Positions 14,923 through 20,913 of a stretch of DNA of 20,913 nucleotides are shown here, in pieces (positions within the stretch are counted from its first letter, which is position 1; each line of letters begins with the position of its first letter). The notes beneath the pieces are model-generated. The model saw nothing but the letters and a program-made list of their open reading frames with translations. It made no database searches and was not told the origin of the DNA. Source of the DNA: Promethearchaeota archaeon (lineage in GTDB: Archaea; Asgardarchaeota; Lokiarchaeia; Sigyniarchaeales; SOKP01). The translations under genes were made by a program, and so were the position numbers. Where the stretch lies: assembly GCA_016930515.1 (NCBI GenBank), contig JAFGGO010000054.1, forward strand, positions 1-20,913. Reading direction: 5' to 3'.

Positions 14923-16200
14923 TTATATCCAACCTCTAAGTTTCATTGCGTTAACAACTCGTTGAATAGCAATTATGTACGCGCCCATCCGATTGTTCGT
15001 GTTATATTCCTTAGCCTTATTTACTGTATCTCGATAAGCTTTACTCATTATCTTGTCTAATGATTCAAATACTTCTTTTTCACTCCAGAAGTGAAGGTAA
15101 TATCCTTGAACCATTTCAAAATAGCTAACGGTAACTCCACCAGCGTTGCAAAGAAAATCAGGTATGATGGTAACACCATTTTTATATAAAATATCATCTG
15201 CGTCGGGCGTGGTTGGACCATTTGCTAGTTCAGCAACGATCTTTGCTTTGATGTTTTTCGCGTTTTTTTTTTTAATGACATTTTCCAAGGCAGCGGGAAT
15301 TAAAATATCACATTCCATTTCTAATAATTTTTCATTTGATATGGGTTCTGTGTTTTGTAACCCTACAACAGAGGAAGTCTCTTTTTTATAGGCTAAAGCA
15401 TCGTAGGGTTCGATCCCATTAGTATTATAAACAGCACCCTTGCTATCGGATATACCTATTATTTTGCATCCATATTCGTTGTGTAAAATGTTAGCAACAT
15501 GACTTCCGGCGTTTCCATAGCCTTGAATTACCACGGTTGATTTTTTCAAATCGATATCGTGATCTATGGCAGCTTCGCGAATGCAATACGTTCCACCTTT
15601 TGCTGTAGCAACGCTTCGACCCTCGCTACCGCCTAATTCGATAGGCTTTCCCGTTATGACGGAGGGTGCGTGCTCTCCTATGATCGTTTCGTATTCGTCC
15701 ATCATCCAAGCCATTATTTGAGGATTAGTGTACACATCAGGAGCAGGAACATCAATATTAGGTCCAACGTCTCCCGATAATTTTCTAATGTAGTTACGAG
15801 CAAGTTTTTGGAGTTCATTTTCACTTAACTCTTTTGGATTGCAAATAATACCACCTTTTGCTCCTCCTAATGGAATACTCACGCACGCACATTTCCAAGT
15901 CATCCAAGCACTTAGTGCCTTTACTAGCGATTCGCTTTCTTCAGGATGCCACCTGATTCCCCCTTTCATTGGTCCCCTCGCAGAATTATACTGACTCCTA
16001 AACCCTTTGAAAGTCTTTATCGATCCATCGTCCATTTTCATTGTTATTTTAATTTCGATAAATTTTTCTGGTTCTGCTAGTGATTGATAAACATCCTGTT
16101 CCAAGCCAATTAACTTGCAGGCGTTGTAAAGCTGTCTTTGAGCGATTTTAAAAGGATCGAGTTCTTCTTGTTGTGTATTTACTATTACTTCTTCAATCAT
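14923..16200 (-). CDS. gdhA: NAD(P)-dependent glutamate dehydrogenase
   Basis: GPMKGGIRWHP, MTWKC, GGAKGG, DVPAPDV, ITGKP...GGS.GR..AT, QGYGNAG, ELANGPTT, PDFLCNAGGVTVSYFE. Confidence 0.97.
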   Translation of the reverse strand: MIEEVIVNTQQEELDPFKIAQRQLYNACKLIGLEQDVYQSLAEPEKFIEIKITMKMDDGSIKTFKGFRSQYNSARGPMKGGIRWHPEESESLVKALSAWMTWKCACVSIPLGGAKGGIICNPKELSENELQKLARNYIRKLSGDVGPNIDVPAPDVYTNPQIMAWMMDEYETIIGEHAPSVITGKPIELGGSEGRSVATAKGGTYCIREAAIDHDIDLKKSTVVIQGYGNAGSHVANILHNEYGCKIIGISDSKGAVYNTNGIEPYDALAYKKETSSVVGLQNTEPISNEKLLEMECDILIPAALENVIKKKNAKNIKAKIVAELANGPTTPDADDILYKNGVTIIPDFLCNAGGVTVSYFEMVQGYYLHFWSEKEVFESLDKIMSKAYRDTVNKAKEYNTNNRMGAYIIAIQRVVNAMKLRGWI

Positions 16201-16284
16201 TTTAGTTCATTTTAATCGTAATTTCTTATTTATAAAAATGTTTGATAGAAGAAAAGGAATATAGTAAATATAACTTTACTTAAT

Positions 16285-16315
16285 TATACGCATATAGCTA
16301 AGCTATACGGGTATA
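16285..16315. promoter_or_regulatory. Imperfect 15-1-15 inverted repeat upstream of gdhA
   Basis: TATACGCATATAGCT-A-AGCTATACGGGTATA; 13 of 15 positions complementary. Confidence 0.4.
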
Positions 16316-16473
16316 CTTTTAAATTCATTTTTCTTAAACCTAATTAAATAAGAATAAAATTGTCGATTACTGGAAATAAATAAATAAAAACGAGATAAAT
16401 AGTATAAATATCGTTTTGAAAGTTCTAGAAAAGAACATAAAAAATTTTAATATCGAGTTGTGAAGTGAGATGT

Positions 16474-16647
16474 TTAATAATTTGATTGGTTGAAATCTGA
16501 ATAATTCCAGCAGTTTTGTTTTCTTTCGTTTTCAGATTTAAAGCTCTTCTCGTGAAAAATTGTTTTTCCATTGCAATCGTGTGAAATTTTTCTACCAAAT
16601 GAATATTCGTTACCACATTCGGGACATTTAAATTGTATTTCTAACAC
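16474..16647 (-). CDS. Small zinc-ribbon-like protein or decaying remnant (not in ORF track)
   Basis: Hand translation from GTG 16647: MLEIQFKCPECGNEYSFGRKISHDCNGKTIFHEKSFKSENERKQNCWNYSDFNQSNY*. AAGGAGGTG SD at 16645-16653. Confidence 0.5.
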   Translation of the reverse strand: MLEIQFKCPECGNEYSFGRKISHDCNGKTIFHEKSFKSENERKQNCWNYSDFNQSNY

Positions 16648-16681
16648 CTCCTTAATTGATTTAAATAAAAAAAAATTGAAA

Positions 16682-18328
16682 TTAATAGTTGCCTGAATAA
16701 ATTTCGTTTTTAATTTCTTCTATATCAAGATCTTCTTGAGGGGCAATTCCTAAATTCCACTTCGCACAGACCTTTTCAGCTCGCGTTGAAATTGTTGCGA
16801 TGTCCTTGCGTTCGAGCAAGTTAAGTTTAAATTTCCTAACACCAGCACATAGTTGTCTGATTCCTGTTCCTAATTTACTTGTGAAATAGGTATACACTCC
16901 AACGGCTGCCGTGGGAATATCCTTGTCTCCATGTTCTCTCTTTAGAGAGTCGTATTCGGCAAAAGCCTCTTCAATGGTCAAGGTATCTGGCTCTTTTTCC
17001 TTAGGAAATCCTAGAGTTTTTAACATGGCCGGAGTTGCGGAGTTTTCTTTGATAATTTCGCCCATATATTTGCCTTTCATTGCGGCTGTTATTGGAGCTC
17101 GGGCCATCGCCACGCAGGTTACGTAAGGAGCCCCCATTGCTAAAGCCTTGAAGACTTGTGTTTCGCTAGAGATACCACCTGCAATTGCGATTGTTGGGAT
17201 TTTAGTGCTTGGGGTTTTCTTCTTGATCATGTCAAGACAGCCTACAACTAAAGCTTCCAAATAGACGGTTGGAATGGAACCCTCATTCATCATGCTCACG
17301 GGACTCATACCCGTACCTCCTCCAGCACCGTCAAAGGTCATACCATCCACCTTACCTTCTACGCCTAATCGAATAATCCAGGCCGTCGAAGCTGGTCGAT
17401 AAGCACCCGTCTTGATAAAGACATTCTTTACACCCATACTTTTAATTTGGTCAATCTCCTCTAAAACATCTTCCGTCGAGGCAATTCCAACTCGACTATG
17501 TCGCTCAAAATCGGGAATCAAACCGGCTTTCCATTGATCAATCACGACGGGATCTGAAGGATCAGGTAGAACCAAGTACCCTCTACTTTGGAGTAATTGA
17601 GCCCTTTCCAATGTGCTGAGACGCACTTCACCTCCGATTGCCTTTGCACCCTGTCCGAATTTGATCTCTAAAGAGGAAACATCTAATTTAGAACTTACAT
17701 ATTCAAAAACACCTAATCGCGTGTCTTCAACATTTTTTTGAATGATGATATCCCCGTGCTTGCCATCCCAATATTCTCTAAAGGCTTCCACCCGATATTT
17801 CATATCAACTGTGTCTAATACTTTAGGATATGGTTTGTCATCCGTGAAAGTCGCGTTTGAGTCCATACCACAAACATTTTCACCTACGGTAATGCTACAA
17901 CCAGATAAAGCGCAACCCATTGCAAGACCATCCCAATTTCGTTTGGCAACATAAGTGCTTCCTAAACCCGCAACTACAAGCGGTACCTTCTGAGGGATGT
18001 TTCCCCATCTAGTGCTAATATCCACGTTCGGAAAGATGACTTTATCCATATTCTCCTCGATTCCTTTAGCACCACGAACCTCAAATTGAATTTGAAAATC
18101 ACGATAACCAATTCCGAAGTCTTTAGGAGTGCCAGCAGTGGAGTCTCCAAAAAATTCCCTGGAAGGATATAATACTTCCCTACCTCTAAGAGCAGATTTC
18201 GAGACTTCGCAAAATACCGGACAATCCGCAACGCATATGGGGCACAATCCCGATTCGCACGCGTCCTCTACTCTCGTTCGAGAACCAATCATACTATTTC
18301 GGTTCGTTACTATTCCAAATTTCGTCAT
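16682..18328 (-). CDS. FMN-binding glutamate synthase family protein (stand-alone GltB domain 2, archaeal type)
   Basis: N-terminal SGLCPICVADCPVFCE...RGRE..YP; GENVCGMD; EIKFGQGAKAIGGE; FERHSR; KTGAY; DGAGGGTGMSP; IAGG; KALAMGAP. Confidence 0.92.
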   Translation of the reverse strand: MTKFGIVTNRNSMIGSRTRVEDACESGLCPICVADCPVFCEVSKSALRGREVLYPSREFFGDSTAGTPKDFGIGYRDFQIQFEVRGAKGIEENMDKVIFPNVDISTRWGNIPQKVPLVVAGLGSTYVAKRNWDGLAMGCALSGCSITVGENVCGMDSNATFTDDKPYPKVLDTVDMKYRVEAFREYWDGKHGDIIIQKNVEDTRLGVFEYVSSKLDVSSLEIKFGQGAKAIGGEVRLSTLERAQLLQSRGYLVLPDPSDPVVIDQWKAGLIPDFERHSRVGIASTEDVLEEIDQIKSMGVKNVFIKTGAYRPASTAWIIRLGVEGKVDGMTFDGAGGGTGMSPVSMMNEGSIPTVYLEALVVGCLDMIKKKTPSTKIPTIAIAGGISSETQVFKALAMGAPYVTCVAMARAPITAAMKGKYMGEIIKENSATPAMLKTLGFPKEKEPDTLTIEEAFAEYDSLKREHGDKDIPTAAVGVYTYFTSKLGTGIRQLCAGVRKFKLNLLERKDIATISTRAEKVCAKWNLGIAPQEDLDIEEIKNEIYSGNY

Positions 18329-18693
18329 ATTTTCTCTACTATAATCGTTATTTTAAGTCAACTAATTGTTCATAATATTTCACAATTTGAATTCTCTTTT
18401 TCAGAAAGTATGAGATATATTGTGAACATGTTAAGTATAATAATATTACTTGTATAATATATATTTTGGGTTTTACATATATATTTAGTATATTTGATAT
18501 AACTAACACCTACTTAAATTTATGATGATTTTAACTTTCTCTCTTAAATTTTAACTCGATTTTCCCAAATAATGATCATCCTGTAAATATTACATCGTTT
18601 GGTTTAATATACTATTTATTAATGGAAATTATTAAATAATATGTTGGATTCTATCCAATTAGCATTTTTCCTCGAAGATAATTGTGGAACGCC

Positions 18694-19296
18694 ATGAAAT
18701 TAATAAAAAAATACACTACTCGGAGAGTGCTTAAAAAAGCCGCTAGAAACATTGAAAAAATTGCCTCGAAAACCATGTCTTTTAATTCAGAAGAAGATAT
18801 AAAAAAAGCGTGCGATAACGAAAGAATTTTTTGGTTTGAAAGACGCTTTGAGAATAGTTTTCTCGTCGATTGCTTGAGTTTCATAGGAACGCTTTTTATC
18901 GTGATTTTTTTTTTCAACCTTCCGATACTTCCTTATGTCGATGAATCTGTCAAAATAGTGTTAGCCCTCGTGATTTTCTTCGGAATTGGCTACTTGATTT
19001 TTGCTATTTCGCTCTTGTTTATAAAAAGGAACGAGTTTTTGGTACTCACTCCTGATTCAATATTTTGGAGGCGAGATTTGTCCCTGCGAGTGTTAACTTT
19101 AAGGGATGTTTCGAAAGTAGAGCTCAAGTGGACGGAGAACAAAAAAGACCATGTAATTCTCCTATGGGAGAAAGATAACTTTATAAGTTGGATCAAGCTT
19201 GGAAGGTTAACATCAAGAGATAAATTTTATGGAAAGATTCCAGAAATTATATACGACATCGTAAATATTTATTGGGAAAGTATTGAACGGGATTGA
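18694..19296 (+). CDS. Hypothetical membrane protein (2 TM helices followed by a possible bacterial PH-like beta domain)
   Basis: Two hydrophobic helices, then FLVLTPDSIFWRR...LRDVSKVELK. ATG 18694 preferred over TTG 18682. Confidence 0.65.
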   Translation: MKLIKKYTTRRVLKKAARNIEKIASKTMSFNSEEDIKKACDNERIFWFERRFENSFLVDCLSFIGTLFIVIFFFNLPILPYVDESVKIVLALVIFFGIGYLIFAISLLFIKRNEFLVLTPDSIFWRRDLSLRVLTLRDVSKVELKWTENKKDHVILLWEKDNFISWIKLGRLTSRDKFYGKIPEIIYDIVNIYWESIERD

Positions 19297-19416
19297 ATAA
19301 AACACTTAGAAAAGCTAAATACTTCCAATTAAAATTGATGCTCAAAATTAGAATTTATAAGGTTATTTGTTTAAAATTAAAGATGTTCTAATAATCATAA
19401 AAAAAAAGTTTGGAGA

Positions 19417-20463
19417 TTATGGTGTTATTTGATTGTCATAAAATACATTTCCCGATCCAGTTCCTGGGACAATTCCATCGAAATTATTAAGTAAATAATT
19501 TCCATATACAGTATTATAATCCGCATAATTCGATAAAGATATCCCCGCCCCCGAACTACCTGAGTCGATCATGCCGATGAAATTGTCTGAAACCGTACAA
19601 TTATCGCCTCCATCAAGTGCAATCCCTGCTAAATTACTACCGCCACCTATTGAATAGATTATAGAATTTCCCGTTATCACGGTCCAATCTGCGTAAAATA
19701 ACCTTATCCCTGAATAACCAACATATCGCACGATATTGTTAACAACCGTGGTTCCGAACGAGTTAGCCCCTAACATGATTCCCCTCGTGGTAGTGTTAAC
19801 GACATTTGAATCTATGGTGCTTGAATCTGTTCCTACGAAATAAAGGGCGTCATACGAATTAGTAACCGTATTTTGAATGAATCGACAGTTATCTGCACTG
19901 TAAGAATACGCTCCAGTGCGTAAGTAATTAAAAACACACCCTTCGATAATAACATTATTACTATAAAAATCAAGCCCATAGGCTTCGTTTATTGAGTCCC
20001 CTTCAAAATCAACATTCCTAACGAGTACGGGATTATTGTGAATTTCATTTATGGAGATCATGGGCGTACCATAATCGTTTATAGCGCTTCCATCAATGAT
20101 GAAGTCCTTTAGAATACAGGAAGAAACATTCGTGATGTTAATAGCAGTACCAACCCATGTAATCTCAATGGTGATGGAATCCACTCCTTGGATGATATAT
20201 TCTCCTCCGCCATTAATCTCTATTGTCTCACTTATGGATATATCTTCTGTAATCAAGATCGTCCCTTTACCAGAACCAATGCTAGCAAGAGCATTCTGAA
20301 CTTCGATGCTAGATGTGCAATTATAGATCTCCGAGCTTGTGTTTGGATTTCCCGTTGCACCAGGTTTTGGTGCAAAAAAGAAATCATAAGCAAATAGACC
20401 AACCCCAGTTAGGGCAATAATTAAAGCAATAATCCCTAAAGTCGTTCCTTTATTATCTGACAT
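19417..20463 (-). CDS. Membrane-anchored right-handed parallel beta-helix (NosD/CASH-like) surface protein
   Basis: N-terminal TM (LGIIALIIALTGVGLFAY). VQNALASIG..GTILI cap motif, then repeated GI.l....N.TV..N.i..N units. Confidence 0.88.
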   Translation of the reverse strand: MSDNKGTTLGIIALIIALTGVGLFAYDFFFAPKPGATGNPNTSSEIYNCTSSIEVQNALASIGSGKGTILITEDISISETIEINGGGEYIIQGVDSITIEITWVGTAINITNVSSCILKDFIIDGSAINDYGTPMISINEIHNNPVLVRNVDFEGDSINEAYGLDFYSNNVIIEGCVFNYLRTGAYSYSADNCRFIQNTVTNSYDALYFVGTDSSTIDSNVVNTTTRGIMLGANSFGTTVVNNIVRYVGYSGIRLFYADWTVITGNSIIYSIGGGSNLAGIALDGGDNCTVSDNFIGMIDSGSSGAGISLSNYADYNTVYGNYLLNNFDGIVPGTGSGNVFYDNQITP

Positions 20464-20612
20464 TTTTTTACATCTCGCTAAATTTTAATCGTTTTTATAA
20501 AGTTTGATACTTTCATGCTTTGGATCACATTATGATTACTTTTATTATATTATAAAATGGTTTGGAATGAAATTGAAGTAAAAAGGATCATTTCCATAAC
20601 TTAATATTATCA

Positions 20613-20646
20613 ACCCGTTCTTCGTGAAACGGGTCTTTCACGAAGA
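20613..20646. repeat. GC-richer island with an 11-bp perfect hairpin and an overlapping alternative hairpin
   Basis: TCTTCGTGAAA-cgggtc-TTTCACGAAGA (20619-20646) overlapping ACCCGTT...AACGGGT (20613-20634). Confidence 0.5.
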
Positions 20647-20913
20647 TATTACTAACAATCTCTTTATTTACATATCAAAATGAATATATCATTATTTTAA
20701 AAACTCAGAAAATGCAACGAAGTTATATCTTTTTTTAAAAATATCAAAGAGAACATTTTTTTGCTAAATTCATAGAAATTAATTTCTTTTTTCATTAGAT
20801 TATTGATTTTGTTTTATTAGAGAATATATAAATACAAAAAACTTTAACAAATTATTATATAATCAAAAAAATTTTTGTCTATCCAATTCATAAAACTCTA
20901 TTGAATTATTATC

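Noticed and set aside
15263-15273. 11-nt homopolymer within gdhA as a phase-variation or frameshift site
   Set aside because: The frame is intact (IKKKN), and such runs are common in this AT-rich sequence.
16425-16616. 63-aa minus-strand ORF in the track
   Set aside because: No motif and no SD. The overlapping frame 16474..16647 has the SD and a CPECG knuckle.
1-20913. CRISPR arrays, tRNA/rRNA, transposases or integrases
   Set aside because: I saw no regularly spaced repeats, structured RNA-like GC-rich tracts or recombinase motifs.

Overview
AT-rich archaeal chromosomal segment. The gene style (orphan membrane His kinase, longin-like protein, membrane-anchored beta-helix protein, Cdc48, Mvh/Hdr) suggests an Asgard, probably Lokiarchaeia-like, genome; this is inference. 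I saw no RNA genes, CRISPR arrays or mobile elements. The core is a divergon centred on ~7100-7150. To the right is a tightly coupled operon: an ArsR-like winged-HTH fused to a degenerate HdrA plus MvhD, then MvhG, then an MvhA-type [NiFe] large subunit, then a longin/uDENN-like protein. The large subunit has two hallmarks of H2-sensing hydrogenases (His->Gln in the L1 motif, no C-terminal maturation extension). Together these genes look like a candidate one-component H2/redox-sensing transcription regulator built from Mvh-Hdr parts. To the left is a cluster of two paralogous TraB/Tiki-fold-like proteins, an MtdB-like methylene-H4MPT dehydrogenase sharing an N-terminal peptide motif with them, a Cdc48/p97 with a duplicated linker, and a stand-alone copy of the paralogs' helical hairpin. 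Flanking genes are the 3' end of metF, a sensor kinase, a TauE/SafE exporter, gdhA, an FMN-binding glutamate synthase subunit, a beta-helix surface protein and two small ORFs absent from the ORF track. All family calls come from motif recognition by eye; no searches were run.
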